53,314 nt of DNA from Dehalococcoidia bacterium (GCA_038325665.1 JBBQJF010000001.1:1-53314), one strand, 5' to 3'. Numbered from the stretch's first letter, positions 17,349 to 28,187 are shown. Numbers and translations: made by a program. The notes: generated from the sequence alone by a model not told the origin.

Positions 17349-18173
17349 CTAATCCTTCTTCCCATAGCTAACGGACAGGCCCGCGCGGGCGTCGGCCTGG
17401 ATGCCGTACTGCGGGATGGGGTAGCGCAGGCCGTTGCGCGACAAGCGCTTCATGCCCTCGATCGTGCGCGGCAGAAAGTGCGGCGGCAGGGCGATCAGCA
17501 TCTCGTCGTCGAGCACGCCGCCATAGCGACGTTCGGCGTAGCACGGGATGGACAAGCTCGGCTCGCCGGTCTTGAGCGCGCGTCCCCAGGAATCGGCACA
17601 GGCTGACTCGCCGACGACACTCCAGTCAAACTTCTTATAGCCGGCCCACTGCAAGCCGTTGATGAAGATGATCATCTGCCCGGGTGTGGCGTACAGCAGG
17701 CAGATGTCCGGTGGAGTGAGACGGCCGGAGGTCAGCGGCGAAACGGCCATCGCCGCGTACTGTCCGTAGGGCAGACACTCCATCGCGTGCTGATGCGCGG
17801 AGGAATCCTCGATCGTCTCGAACCACACACCCGCCATGCGGTCGCCCGACAGCCACTGCTCGTCCCGCGGGTGCAGCCCGATCACGGCCCCGCACTGAGC
17901 GCCGGCCAAGTCCTCATTCGTGATGCCCACGGTCCAGCCGAGGCGCGCGGCCTGGGCGACGATCTGGTCGGTGGTGTGGACCGACTTCGGCCGCCGGATG
18001 CGCGGGATCGCCTCCATCTCCGTGACGGTGGCGAACATCTTCATGCCAATCGGAGTGGTCCGCAGCCGCAGCAGCCGGTTCAGGTCGTCGACGATCTCAT
18101 CCCAGTCGTACGACGCGGGGTCTCCCGCGGAATCCGCGTCGATCGTGATCAGCTCGGGTCCATCGCCTGCCAT
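17349..18173 (-). CDS. conserved hypothetical protein, DUF169-like
   Basis: GGAGG RBS 6 nt upstream of the ATG at 18173. 274 aa, Cys-containing and soluble. The DUF169 assignment is from overall resemblance only. Confidence 0.45.
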   Translation of the reverse strand: MAGDGPELITIDADSAGDPASYDWDEIVDDLNRLLRLRTTPIGMKMFATVTEMEAIPRIRRPKSVHTTDQIVAQAARLGWTVGITNEDLAGAQCGAVIGLHPRDEQWLSGDRMAGVWFETIEDSSAHQHAMECLPYGQYAAMAVSPLTSGRLTPPDICLLYATPGQMIIFINGLQWAGYKKFDWSVVGESACADSWGRALKTGEPSLSIPCYAERRYGGVLDDEMLIALPPHFLPRTIEGMKRLSRNGLRYPIPQYGIQADARAGLSVSYGKKD

Positions 18174-18299
18174 GGTCGTCCTCCGCACGATATCGGTATC
18201 CCATCACGCTCTCTTGTTACCATGCCCGGCCGCGTCACCTCACACAAGTAGCGCGCTGATCGCTCTGCTCCTGGACCCCGCTATACGAGACCTGTGTAT

Positions 18300-18450
18300 G
18301 GGATGACGATAAACGTTCTACCCGAGGGGTAGCGGAACCGCGACTGGATAGCCCGATCGAGTAGTAGTCCGGTCCAGTGAAAGCGGTGATTATGCAGATG
18401 TAGGGCGGAACTCTCAGCAACGGCGGGGTGCTGAGAGTTCCGCCTTTCTT
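18300..18450 (+). ncRNA. candidate small structured RNA ending in an intrinsic terminator
   Basis: No plausible ORF on the + strand. Hairpins CTACC-CGAGG-GGTAG (18319-18333) and ACCGC-G-ACTGGA...TCCAGT-GAAA-GCGGT (about 18337-18388) are followed by the terminator at 18404-18450. The 5' end is unknown. Confidence 0.3.
18404..18450 (+). terminator. Rho-independent terminator with no upstream + strand gene
   Basis: Perfect 16-bp stem GGCGGAACTCTCAGCA (18404-18419) / TGCTGAGAGTTCCGCC (18429-18444), 9-nt loop, then TTTCTT. There is no T-tract on the opposite strand. Confidence 0.7.
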
Positions 18451-18877
18451 CATGTCCGCCTGTCAGCGTGGCGGGCGCCTCACCGGCCGAACCGTTCTCG
18501 TGTTCAACCGGCGTTACCGGTCAGCGTCTGTCTTCATCACGACTCACCGCCACCCTTTTCTCCACCAGAGATATATATTGTATCCACACTACTAACGTAC
18601 TATGCGGTTTCGCCCTGACCCCTCACGCAATGCCAGCAACGGCCGATGCTTATGAGTGAGTGCGTGCGGCCGCATGTCTCGGCCTGCCGAAACCCCGGGT
18701 CGGTATTGGATGGTTTCCAGACGCGAGCGGGGCCCGGCCGTGCCTCCCGGACGCGACGTCAGATGAAGGTTCGCGGCGGTCGCCGTGTGAACGCTTGAAG
18801 TTGCGCCTGGTCCGTACGTCCACTGCCAATCCCGACCGTGCGGGAGCCACATTGAGCTTGGTTCGAAGGATCGTCCA

Positions 18878-21800
18878 ATGAAATATCTCTCCCGCGTCAC
18901 GGGATTGCGCGTTCGTCTGATGGCCCTGGTGATGTTGGCCGTGATTCCCGCGCTGCTGCTGACCGTCTTCACCGCCGCACAGCAGCGCCGAACAGAACGA
19001 ATGCAAGCCGAGGAGAATGCACTGCGGCTGTCACGCGCCGTCGGCTCTGAGCAAGACGACCTGATCGCCGGTGCGCGTCAATTGTTGGTCGGTCTGGCGC
19101 AGCTCCCGGAGGTACGGCAGACCGATGGGCCGGCGTGCAGCGCCCGCTTCGGCGAACTGCTCACGCGGTATCGCGAGTTCACGAACATCGCCGCCCTCGA
19201 CGGCGACGGTACCCAATTCTGTAGTGCTCTGCCCGTGAACCGGCCAGTGAGCGGCGTCGGTTCCTCCTTCTACGAGCGGGTGCTGGCGACGCGTGACTTC
19301 GCCCTGGGTGATTACATGATCGGGCCGGTGTCGGGCAAGCCGTTAGTCGTCGTCGCCCATCCCGTGCTCGATGGTGACGGTACGGTGCAGGCCGTCGTGC
19401 TCGTCGGCCTTGGTCTGAATTGGTTCCACCGTCTCATTGAGACCACCGCGTTGCCGGACGGGGCACTCGTGACCATCACCGATGGCAGTGGCACGATACT
19501 CGCCCGCTTTCCAGACCCCGACGCCTTGGTCGGAACGGTCGCGCCGCCGGACTCGGTCCCCGCGTGGATGCCGGCGCGGGGGGAGGGCGTCAGACAGGTC
19601 CGAGGCCCGGATGCGATCGAGCGGCTGTACGGTTTCGCGCCGTTGAGTCCGCGGATCGAGGGTGTGTATGTCAGCGTCGGGATCCCCCTGGGGGTGGCGT
19701 ATGCTCAGGTCAATCGCACGCGCACGCGCGGCCTCGTGCTAATGAGCTTGGCCGGCGCACTGGCGCTCGGCGCTGCCTGGGTTGGCGGCCACTTCTTCAT
19801 CGTCCGCCAGGTCAACGACCTCGCGCGCACCACTGGCCGGATCGCGTCCGGCGATATGACCACGCGGGCGCCGGCGCGGCGGTCGGACGGTGAGCTGGGT
19901 ATGCTCGCCGGCGCGGTCAACCGCATGGCCGACGCGATCCAAGCGCGCCAGTCCGAGGCAGAACAGGCTCAGACCGCGTTGCGGGCGAGCGAACAGCGAT
20001 ACCGGTCACTCGTGCAAAACTCGTCAGATATCGTTGCTATTGTTGACATGGACGGGTGTGTTCAGTACGTCAGCACCTCGATCGAACGGTTGGCTGGATA
20101 TCAGCCCGAACAGCTCGTGGGCATATCGTTGGCGTCGCTGATTCACCCGGATGACGCGCCCGTGGTGCAGCAATGGTTCAAGGACAGTCAGGTTCGCAGG
20201 GGCGCCGGCGTCCCCGTGGTCAGCCGCTTTCTGCGTGTCGATGGTTCGTGGATGGACCTGGAATCGGTCGCGACTAATCTGCTCGACGATCCGGCGATCG
20301 GCGGTATCGTGATCAACTCGCGCGACATCACGGCGCAGCGGCTCAGTGACGAAGCCCTGAGTCAGAGTGAGCAGCGCTTCAAGCGCGGGTTCTACGCCTC
20401 ACCGATGGGCATGGCCCTGGTGGCGCTCGATGGTCGCCTGCTGCAGGTGAACGAGGAACTGTGCCGGATGTTCGGCTACACCGCTGAAGACTTGCAGGCC
20501 ACCGATTTCTGGTCGCTCACCCACCCTGACGATGTTGACCGCGCCCGCGGCCATGTGGACCGGCTGCTCTCCGGCGAAAACGACTCGTTCCAGATGGAAC
20601 GGCGGTTCATGCACCGGGATGGGCATGTGGTGGTTTGCCTGTACAATGTGGCGCTGATGCGCGATGCGCTCCAACGCCCGATCCATGCCGTGGCCCAGTT
20701 GTTTGACATCAGCGATCAGAAGCGCGCCGCCGATGCCTTGATCCGGGCGCGGGAGGAAGCCGAGGCGCTGGCGGCGATCGCCCATGACTTCGCATCCTCG
20801 CTCCGGCACGAAGATGTGGCGGCGCAGGTTGCCGATTATGCCAGCTCGCTGACGGGCAGCGATATCGGTGTGCTCGCTGTCCACGAGGCCGACACCGGCC
20901 GTTACCGGTGCGTGGCGCAGTCCGGCACACGGACCACCGGCTTCCTTGGCCTGACAATCGACCCGAACGACGGCGGTATCGCCGGGATCGCGATTTCTTC
21001 CGGCGATCCGACGGCCACCGAGCGCGTCATCGCGGGCTCCAGCACCCGCGCGGCCTTCGGGCCACTGATGCGCGCGGAAGGAATCACGGGCTTGGCCGTG
21101 GCGCCGGTCAAGATCGGCGACGACGTTGCCGCGTTACTGTTCGTGGCGAGCCGCTCGCGGAGCCGTTACGAGACCGGCGAGCTGGAATTGCTCGCGCGTG
21201 TTGCCGACCACGCGGCGGTGTCGTTGCAGAACGCCGGACTGTACGCCGCCCTAACCCAGATGAATGAGCGCCTCGAACAGGCAGCGCTCCAGGCGAACGA
21301 GCTGGCCGTCGCCGCCGAGGATGCGTCGCGGCTCAAGTCGGAATTCCTCGCCACGATGAGCCACGAGATCCGGACACCGATGACCGGCATCATCGGGATG
21401 GCCGACGCATTGCTCGATTCATCGCTCAGCGACGAGCAACGGGAGTACGCCGGCATCGTGCACAGTTCGGCTCACAGTCTGCTTGACCTGATCAATGACA
21501 TCCTCGACCTGTCGAAGATCGAGGCGGACAAACTCGCGCTGGAGTTGATCGACTTTGTGCCGCTCGATGTGGTCGAGAGTAGTGTGGAGATGCTGGCGGT
21601 TCGGGCCAGACAGAAGAACCTCACGTTGCTCACCTTCGTGGCGCCCGAGGTTGAACCGGTTTTACGTGGCGATCCGACCCGACTGCGGCAGGTGCTTCTC
21701 AACCTCGCCGGCAACGCGGTGAAGTTTACCGCCACAGGAGAGATCGCCGTACGTGCGGCGGTCGAGGGACGAACCGACACCCACACGAGCGTCCGTTTCG

Positions 21801-23326
21801 AGGTCAGCGACACCGGGATAGGTCTTTCGGATGCCGCGCGGCGGCGGCTGTTCGAGCCGTTTTCGCAGGCCGACGGCTCCACCACGCGCAAGTACGGAGG
21901 CACCGGCCTCGGTCTGTCGATCTCGCGCCGGCTTGTCGAACTGATGCACGGGACCATTGGTGTCGAGAGCGTCGAGGGACACGGTTCGACCTTCTGGTTC
22001 ACGATTCCATTTGAACGGACGGAGGTCGGTCCGGTGCGGTCAGTGCAGTCCCGTGGGGAATTGGACGGATTGCGCGTGTTGGTGGTGGAGGACAGCGCTA
22101 TCGCCCGCGACATCCTCGGGCGCTACCTACGTTCGTGGGGCATGACCGCGGGCGTTGCCGTCGCGGCGAGCGCGGCGCTGGAATCGCTGCGAGAACGCGC
22201 GGCGGCCGGTGAGCCGTACGACGCGGCGATCATCGATCTGCATATGCCCGATATGGACGGCTTCGCACTGGCGCGCACGATCCAGCGTGAACCGGCCCTG
22301 GCGGCGACGCGTCTCCTGCTCGTCACCGCCTTCGACGAGCGTGATCAGGCCGAGCAGGCGCTGCGCTCCGGGTTCGCCGCCTACCTGACCAAGCCGCTCA
22401 AGCAGTCGGCGCTGTTCGCCGCGCTCGCCGCCGCTACCCCGCGAGACGACCACGGCGCCTCAAGCCACTTGGCGGCCGAGCACGACCGTGCAGGCGACGC
22501 ACGCTCCCTGGCGGCAGCAGTTGCACCGCCATCCGCCCTGCAACGACGCATCCTTCTGGCCGAGGACAACGCCGTCAACCAGCAGGTGGTCACACTGCAA
22601 CTGCGGAAGCTGGGGTTCGCCGCCGATATCGTGCCGAATGGCCGGGCGGCGGTTGAGGCGGCGGCCCGCGGCGGCTACGACCTGGTGCTGATGGATTGTC
22701 AGATGCCCGAGATGGACGGCTACACGGCCGCCACTCGTATACGCGACGGAGAAGGTTCGCGCGCTCGCATCCCGATCATCGCGCTGACCGCCAACGCGAT
22801 GACAGGAGATCGCGAGCGCTGCCTCACTGCCGGGATGGACGATTACCTAGCGAAACCGATCGACCCCGAGCGCCTGCGTGCCGTGCTCAACCACTGGCTG
22901 CCCGCGGCCGCAACGGCGACGAGCGACCCCCGTACGGAGAACGGCGCCGATTCCGACGGGCATCCCACGGTCGCGTCGCCCATCGACGTCACCATCATCG
23001 ACGGCCTGCGTGAGTTGCAGATGGACGGAGAGATGGACCTGATCGCCGAGTTAGTCCGGCTGTATCTCGCGGATGCTCCGCGACTCGTGAACGACGTGAT
23101 GGTAGCAGCGGAGGCCCGCGATGCCGAGGGCCTCGGCCGGGCGGCGCACGCGCTCAAAGGTAGTAGTGCCAACCTTGGTGCAAAGGGTCTGGCCGTCGCG
23201 TGTGATGGCCTCGAAAAGCAGGCCCGCGCCGGTGACTTCGAGGGTACGGTTGCCCGCGCGGCCGATGTCGCCTCCACGTTCGAGGGTGTGGCGGCCGCGC
23301 TCACGCGGGTGGCTGGTCTGCACTAA
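18878..23326 (+). CDS. hybrid sensor histidine kinase / response regulator with Hpt (1482 aa)
   Basis: TM (aa 14-34), Cache-like periplasmic region, TM (aa ~286-309), HAMP, two PAS domains (aa ~370-615) and GAF (aa ~635-785). H-box [12 protein letters not shown] (His829). N/G boxes [15 protein letters not shown] and [12 protein letters not shown]1 (Asp1120), REC2 (Asp1273). Hpt [11 protein letters not shown] (His1424). Confidence 0.92.
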   Translation: MKYLSRVTGLRVRLMALVMLAVIPALLLTVFTAAQQRRTERMQAEENALRLSRAVGSEQDDLIAGARQLLVGLAQLPEVRQTDGPACSARFGELLTRYREFTNIAALDGDGTQFCSALPVNRPVSGVGSSFYERVLATRDFALGDYMIGPVSGKPLVVVAHPVLDGDGTVQAVVLVGLGLNWFHRLIETTALPDGALVTITDGSGTILARFPDPDALVGTVAPPDSVPAWMPARGEGVRQVRGPDAIERLYGFAPLSPRIEGVYVSVGIPLGVAYAQVNRTRTRGLVLMSLAGALALGAAWVGGHFFIVRQVNDLARTTGRIASGDMTTRAPARRSDGELGMLAGAVNRMADAIQARQSEAEQAQTALRASEQRYRSLVQNSSDIVAIVDMDGCVQYVSTSIERLAGYQPEQLVGISLASLIHPDDAPVVQQWFKDSQVRRGAGVPVVSRFLRVDGSWMDLESVATNLLDDPAIGGIVINSRDITAQRLSDEALSQSEQRFKRGFYASPMGMALVALDGRLLQVNEELCRMFGYTAEDLQATDFWSLTHPDDVDRARGHVDRLLSGENDSFQMERRFMHRDGHVVVCLYNVALMRDALQRPIHAVAQLFDISDQKRAADALIRAREEAEALAAIAHDFASSLRHEDVAAQVADYASSLTGSDIGVLAVHEADTGRYRCVAQSGTRTTGFLGLTIDPNDGGIAGIAISSGDPTATERVIAGSSTRAAFGPLMRAEGITGLAVAPVKIGDDVAALLFVASRSRSRYETGELELLARVADHAAVSLQNAGLYAALTQMNERLEQAALQANELAVAAEDASRLKSEFLATMSHEIRTPMTGIIGMADALLDSSLSDEQREYAGIVHSSAHSLLDLINDILDLSKIEADKLALELIDFVPLDVVESSVEMLAVRARQKNLTLLTFVAPEVEPVLRGDPTRLRQVLLNLAGNAVKFTATGEIAVRAAVEGRTDTHTSVRFEVSDTGIGLSDAARRRLFEPFSQADGSTTRKYGGTGLGLSISRRLVELMHGTIGVESVEGHGSTFWFTIPFERTEVGPVRSVQSRGELDGLRVLVVEDSAIARDILGRYLRSWGMTAGVAVAASAALESLRERAAAGEPYDAAIIDLHMPDMDGFALARTIQREPALAATRLLLVTAFDERDQAEQALRSGFAAYLTKPLKQSALFAALAAATPRDDHGASSHLAAEHDRAGDARSLAAAVAPPSALQRRILLAEDNAVNQQVVTLQLRKLGFAADIVPNGRAAVEAAARGGYDLVLMDCQMPEMDGYTAATRIRDGEGSRARIPIIALTANAMTGDRERCLTAGMDDYLAKPIDPERLRAVLNHWLPAAATATSDPRTENGADSDGHPTVASPIDVTIIDGLRELQMDGEMDLIAELVRLYLADAPRLVNDVMVAAEARDAEGLGRAAHALKGSSANLGAKGLAVACDGLEKQARAGDFEGTVARAADVASTFEGVAAALTRVAGLH

Positions 23327-23506
23327 CACCGGCATGTTGCTGACGGCCACGCCCGTCGGGGCCGTGCTCAACGTGCCGCCTGGTCGATGGCGCCGCTGCC
23401 CGCCTTTGCCAGCCGCCTTGGCCCACGCGGACGGAGCGCCTAGAATGGCGGGGCGGCGGGTCGGGCGCCCGGAACGACACCCGTCGCGTTAACTGGGTGG
23501 TGGCGC

Positions 23507-24316
23507 ATGGTATTAGAGCGGTTCGGGCTGCATGGCAAGGTTGTGATCGTCACGGGCGCTGGACGCGGCCTCGGCCGTCAGATGGCGCTGGCGCTTGCCC
23601 GCGCCGGGGCAGACATCGTCTGCGCCGCCCGCACCGCCGAGCAAATCGAGGCGACCGCCGCCGAGATCGCCGCCGTGGGCCGGCGGGCAATCACCGTACC
23701 GACCGATGTGCGGCGCTCCGGCGATGTGAACGCGCTCGTCAGCCGCTGTTTGGAAGAGTTCGGCCGGGTGGATGTCATGCTCGCCAACGCGGGCGGCGGC
23801 GGCCGCACCAGCGGCAAGCTCGCCCACGAGGCCACCGACGACGACTGGCAAGACACCCTCGATACGAACCTCTCCAGCGCGTTCTTCTGCGCCCGCGCCG
23901 TTATCCCACCGATGCGGGAGCGGGGCGGCGGCGTGATCATCACGGTCGCCTCGGGCACCGGGTTGCGTGGCGACCCGCGCACATGGGCCTATGCCGCCGC
24001 CAAGGCGGGGGTCATGGGCCTCACCCGTACACTCGCCGCCCAGTACGTGCGCGACAACATCCGCGTCAACTCAATCGTGCCCGGCTTCGTTGCCCAACGT
24101 CCGCCGGAAACGCCCGAGGAGGAGACGCGCTATGCCGAGCGTGGCCGGTTCATTCCGGCTGGGCGGCTCGGCCGCGCGGACGAGCTTGGGCCGCTAGCGG
24201 TGTATCTCGCGTCGGATGCATCGAGCTATGTCACGGGCGAGTCGTTCATCATCGACGGCGGCGGACTCGCCGGCGGCGCCGCGCCCCTCGGTTGGATGGG
24301 CGCGACCCCGGTGTAG
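23507..24316 (+). CDS. SDR-family oxidoreductase (FabG-like)
   Basis: VIVTGAGRGLG cofactor motif, NAGG, and catalytic S...YAAAK. Confidence 0.9.
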   Translation: MVLERFGLHGKVVIVTGAGRGLGRQMALALARAGADIVCAARTAEQIEATAAEIAAVGRRAITVPTDVRRSGDVNALVSRCLEEFGRVDVMLANAGGGGRTSGKLAHEATDDDWQDTLDTNLSSAFFCARAVIPPMRERGGGVIITVASGTGLRGDPRTWAYAAAKAGVMGLTRTLAAQYVRDNIRVNSIVPGFVAQRPPETPEEETRYAERGRFIPAGRLGRADELGPLAVYLASDASSYVTGESFIIDGGGLAGGAAPLGWMGATPV

Positions 24317-24336
24317 GGGCGACGCATGCGTCGCCC
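24317..24336. repeat. perfect 20-nt palindrome GGGCGACGCATGCGTCGCCC (GC-hairpin repeat family)
   Basis: Starts directly after the SDR stop codon. Relatives occur at 11992-12010, 12070-12086, 17141-17224 and 26283-26340. Confidence 0.7.
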
Positions 24337-24380
24337 GTACGGGTGGCCCGCGCGCCGCCCGCACGGACACATGAGGCGCT

Positions 24381-25151
24381 ATGGACGGGCCGTTTGATCT
24401 GTCGGGCCGCAAGGCGTTAGTGATCGGGGCGGGTAGTCCCGTCGGTGGGGCGATCGCAGTCGCGCTGGCGGAGGCGGGCGCCGATGTGGCGGTGGCGTCC
24501 GCATCGATTGACGGCGACGAGGTGATGGCGGTGCGCCGTACCCGCCGCCAAATCGAGGCGCTGGGCCGGCAGACCGCCGAATACGCCTTCGATGTGACAC
24601 TGGGGCAGAACGTGCAGGTGTCTACCCGTCAGACCGCCAAAGAAATGGGCGGGCTGCAGATCGTGGTCTACGCCGTGGACCAGCCGCTGACAAAGGCCGC
24701 GGACAAGACCACCGAAGCCGAGTGGTCGCGGGTGCTGACCGCCAACCTGAGCGGCGCCTTTTATGCGGCGCGCGCCGCGATCCGTGAGATGACCGCCGGC
24801 GGCTGGGGCCGGATCATCTTCGTCAGCTCCGGCCTCGGTGATCGCGGCATGGCCGGCGCCAGCGCCTACGTCGCCGCCCGTCACGGCGTCACCGGCTTGA
24901 CCAGGTCACTCGCACTGGAGTTGGCGCCGCTCGGCATCCGTGTCAACGCGATCGCCCCGATGTGGCTGGAGACGACCGCCGGCGCCGGTCCCAACACCGA
25001 GGACAACCTGCTGGTACGCTACATCCCCATGCGCCGGTTGGGCCGCGCCGACGAGGTCGCGCCGCTGGCCGTGTATCTTGCCTCCGAGGCCAGTGACTAC
25101 ATTTCCGGTCAGGTATTCAACGTGGATGGGGGCGTGATGAAGCACTTGTGA
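24381..25151 (+). CDS. SDR-family protein with atypical motifs (YxxxR, G-x-G-S-P-V-G-G)
   Basis: SDR fold throughout. The catalytic region reads SSGLG...ASAYVAARHG, with Arg where the Lys of YxxxK is expected. The glycine-rich motif is ALVIGAGSPVGGAI. Confidence 0.8.
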   Translation: MDGPFDLSGRKALVIGAGSPVGGAIAVALAEAGADVAVASASIDGDEVMAVRRTRRQIEALGRQTAEYAFDVTLGQNVQVSTRQTAKEMGGLQIVVYAVDQPLTKAADKTTEAEWSRVLTANLSGAFYAARAAIREMTAGGWGRIIFVSSGLGDRGMAGASAYVAARHGVTGLTRSLALELAPLGIRVNAIAPMWLETTAGAGPNTEDNLLVRYIPMRRLGRADEVAPLAVYLASEASDYISGQVFNVDGGVMKHL

Positions 25152-25363
25152 TGCAGAGCGGCAGCCGAGGCCGTGTTTCGCCGCGTTCGCATCACTGTCC
25201 ACGAGACCAACAGTCCAAGGAGCGCCCATGGCCTGACGGACACCACCGATACAGGAAATGACCGGGCATCGCGCGGGTCGCCGCAGCCATTCCTGCGCCG
25301 GCGGGGCCGGCGCCTCGCGCCCATCACCCAACACCCATCACCTATTCCAAGGGAGGAGCATCA

Positions 25364-26257
25364 ATGTCCGATTTTGAAGCGATTCTATACGAGAAGGATG
25401 GGGGTAAAGCCCGGATCACGCTCAACCGACCAGAAAAGCTGAACGCGCTCTCCCGGCAGCTTCAGCAGGAGTTGAGCCGCGCGCTGTGGGAGGCGGATAA
25501 CGACACGCAGGTACACTGTGTGATCATTCGCGGCGCCGGTCGTACCTTCTCCGCCGGCTATGATCTGACCGCGAGCAGCCGTACCGAAACCTACGCCAAT
25601 GTGTACCGGGGGCGCGTGCAGATCGATGACGACGCCTGGGGCATGGAACAGGCCCAGCGCGACCGCATGGCGATCTTCGACATGCACAAGCCCGTGATCG
25701 CGCAGATTCACGGATACTGCCTTGCCGGCGGCACCGACCTCGCGCTCTTGTGCGATATGGTGATCGCGGCCGAGGATGCCGTGATTGGCTTCCCACCGGT
25801 GCGGGCGATGGGCGGCCCGCCGGCGCACATGTGGACGTATCTGGTCGGACCGCAGTGGGCGAAGCGCATGTTGCTCACCGGCGACTCGATCAGCGGCGCC
25901 GACGCGGCTCGGATCGGTCTAGTGATGCAGGCGGTGCCGCGGGAGGCGTTGGAGGCGACCGTCGAGCAACTTGCCGACCGGCTGTGCATGATCGATCCGC
26001 ACCTGCTCTCGGCGAACAAGCGATCCTGCAACCTGGCGTTGGAGTTGATGGGCGCACGCACGATGCAGCGCATTGCCGCCGAGATCGACGCCCGCGCCCA
26101 CCAGGCGCCGGCAGTCTCGGAGTTCGCCAAGATTTCGCGGGAGCAGGGGCTGAAAGCCGCGCTCGAATGGCGTGATACCAAGTTCGGCGACGGTCGCGCC
26201 AGCCCCACCTATGTGGCGCGCAAAGCGGCCGACCCGGCGGTGGGGGCGCGGAGCTAG
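25364..26257 (+). CDS. enoyl-CoA hydratase/isomerase (crotonase) family
   Basis: ITLNRPEKLNAL, IIRGAGRTFSAGYDL and IAQIHGYCLAGGTDLALLCD. GGGAGGAG RBS. Confidence 0.9.
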   Translation: MSDFEAILYEKDGGKARITLNRPEKLNALSRQLQQELSRALWEADNDTQVHCVIIRGAGRTFSAGYDLTASSRTETYANVYRGRVQIDDDAWGMEQAQRDRMAIFDMHKPVIAQIHGYCLAGGTDLALLCDMVIAAEDAVIGFPPVRAMGGPPAHMWTYLVGPQWAKRMLLTGDSISGADAARIGLVMQAVPREALEATVEQLADRLCMIDPHLLSANKRSCNLALELMGARTMQRIAAEIDARAHQAPAVSEFAKISREQGLKAALEWRDTKFGDGRASPTYVARKAADPAVGARS

Positions 26258-26551
26258 TTTGCGGTCAGGTCAGCCGCTCGGTCCCGCCGGGTCGCGCCCG
26301 CGTCCACGAGGCGCGGCAACGAGGCGACCCGGTGGGTAAGGTGAGGGTGAGGGTGAGCCGTTCGGTCGAGGGCGATGCACGGATCGTCCCTCGCGGGGGC
26401 GACCGACTGCGCCGTCGTGCCGCGATGGGCCGCACTCACCCCTTGTTTGCTGAAACTGCCCGCGGCGCTGGCATAGCTGGCCGTAGTGTTGCGCGATTCT
26501 CCCTAATCCCCAACCCCTATCACCCATGACCGCGCCCGAAGGGAGCCACCA

Positions 26552-26788
26552 ATGGAGGTTCGTCAGACGCGCCGCGGCACGACGATCCGGCTCACTGACA
26601 ATGAGACCACGGAATTGCTGACCGCGCTCGCGTTGTCCGTGGCCGCGTACGGCGTGCTTCAAAACTTCATGACCGCGGGGCAGAAGTCGATGACGCTGCC
26701 CGCGATCCTGTTCGTTAGCCAGCTCGGCGCCGCGACCTGGGCTGCATTGGAGCAGGAGCCGGGGGACTCCACGTCCCCTACAGGGTAA
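26552..26788 (+). CDS. hypothetical small protein (78 aa)
   Basis: AAGGGAG RBS, high GC3 and one hydrophobic segment. Its 3' end overlaps the convergent prepilin peptidase gene by 11 nt. Confidence 0.4.
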   Translation: MEVRQTRRGTTIRLTDNETTELLTALALSVAAYGVLQNFMTAGQKSMTLPAILFVSQLGAATWAALEQEPGDSTSPTG

Positions 26789-27479
26789 GCATCCCAGCGA
26801 AGGCGCCGATCGCGAGGTAGGGGCCGTAGGCGATGGCAGTACGCATCCCCGCGCGACGGGTCGCGAGCATCACAAGCACGGCGAGGCCGGCCGCGACCGC
26901 GCCGATCATCAATGCGGACAGCGTGTTGGAGACGCCCGCCACCAGGCCGAGCAGAGCGGCGAGTTTCACGTCGCCGAATCCGAAGCCTGGTACGACCATG
27001 AAGATGGCGAACATTAACCCTAGCCCGAGCAGCCCGCCCGTCAGGCTTCCGAGAGCGGTGCGATCCGGCCACGCCCAGGAGAGCACGACCGCCAAGGTGA
27101 CGGCGGGGTACATCATGCGGTTGGGCAATAGGTGCCGGTCGAGGTCCGTGCCGATAAAGGCCAGAAGCACCGTGCCGAACACCGCGACCAGGGCAGCGTG
27201 ACGCGGGTCCACGGCGCGCACCGCGATCAGGACGGCCGCGGCTACCCCCAGCAGCGGCAGATACCACAATCGCGCCGGCAGCCGGCAGCCAGCGGCGCAC
27301 CGCCCCCGCGCGGCGACGAAGCCGATAGCCCCACTCCACCAGAAACGCGGCAGGGGATGACCCGCGCACAGGCTGAGGGGACCGCGCACCGGCGCGCCCG
27401 TGTACATCCGGTCGAGAAGCAGGGAAATCACGGTCCCGGCGATGTATCCGGCGACCGCGGCGGCGAGCATAATGACCAA
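26778..27479 (-). CDS. prepilin peptidase (A24 aspartic peptidase family)
   Basis: Polytopic membrane protein. First Asp motif is GTDLDRHLLPN; second is GFGFGDVKLAALLG. Cys-containing N-terminal loop. Confidence 0.85.
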   Translation of the reverse strand: MVIMLAAAVAGYIAGTVISLLLDRMYTGAPVRGPLSLCAGHPLPRFWWSGAIGFVAARGRCAAGCRLPARLWYLPLLGVAAAVLIAVRAVDPRHAALVAVFGTVLLAFIGTDLDRHLLPNRMMYPAVTLAVVLSWAWPDRTALGSLTGGLLGLGLMFAIFMVVPGFGFGDVKLAALLGLVAGVSNTLSALMIGAVAAGLAVLVMLATRRAGMRTAIAYGPYLAIGAFAGMLTL

Positions 27480-27702
27480 CGCGGCACTACCCCCGCGGCC
27501 CCGGCGATGCCGAAGCCGGTATCAGACGCGTGCGCCCGTACCGCAATCATCGGCACGGCGCGCCGCGGGTATGAGGGCATGGCGGTGGCGCGAGTGACGC
27601 ACCGTCGATCATGACCGGCCGGGCGACGCTCGGGTGAGCGGTTCAGTATCCGCCGGGCGACGGCGCCAGCCGCACTCACATGATCGCCTGGTGGTTCGAA
27701 GC

Positions 27703-28095
27703 TCAGGTGAGTGGTTCGGAGTCCGCCGGGCGGCGGCCCCGCGCGATCTGGGGGATATTCATGACCAGCGTGGCGGCCAGAAGCACCACCGCGAGGACCG
27801 TCAGAATCTGACGGAATTCGCGATCCTCTTGCGAGTCGTTCGGCGCCAGAATTGCCCACATCAGGACCCCGATCGCGACCGCGCCGGGAATGAGCACCAG
27901 CTCCCAACGGGTGATGCGCTGGATGGCGAGCGCGGCCGAGAATCCGATGATGCCGCAAATGAGAGTCACCTGGCTCTGCACCGGATTCTCGAGGTTGTCC
28001 CACCGGTTGGTCAGCCAAAAAAACAGCACCATCAGCAGCCCCGCCGTCAGTCCCGGGACCACGACCATCCACGGTCGCCGGCGATCCCACCACAT
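27703..28095 (-). CDS. hypothetical integral membrane protein (130 aa, ~4 TM)
   Basis: Four hydrophobic segments and high GC3. No family recognised. Confidence 0.55.
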   Translation of the reverse strand: MWWDRRRPWMVVVPGLTAGLLMVLFFWLTNRWDNLENPVQSQVTLICGIIGFSAALAIQRITRWELVLIPGAVAIGVLMWAILAPNDSQEDREFRQILTVLAVVLLAATLVMNIPQIARGRRPADSEPLT

Positions 28096-28187
28096 GATTC
28101 CTTCTCCTTCGCGTGCCCGAGCGGCGACGGCGGCTCAGCCGTCGGGAGATGGCGGCGCTCACCTCCCGCGCCGCCGCTCCACCTCGG

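Noticed and set aside
18425-18437. GGGGTGCTGAGAG, which resembles the conserved GGGGUGC...CUGAGA core of the TPP riboswitch.
   Set aside because: The two boxes are contiguous, with no P3 helix between them. The downstream ACCC...GAACCUGAUC...GGGA half is absent. The bases form the loop and 3' arm of the terminator hairpin, and no thiamine gene follows.
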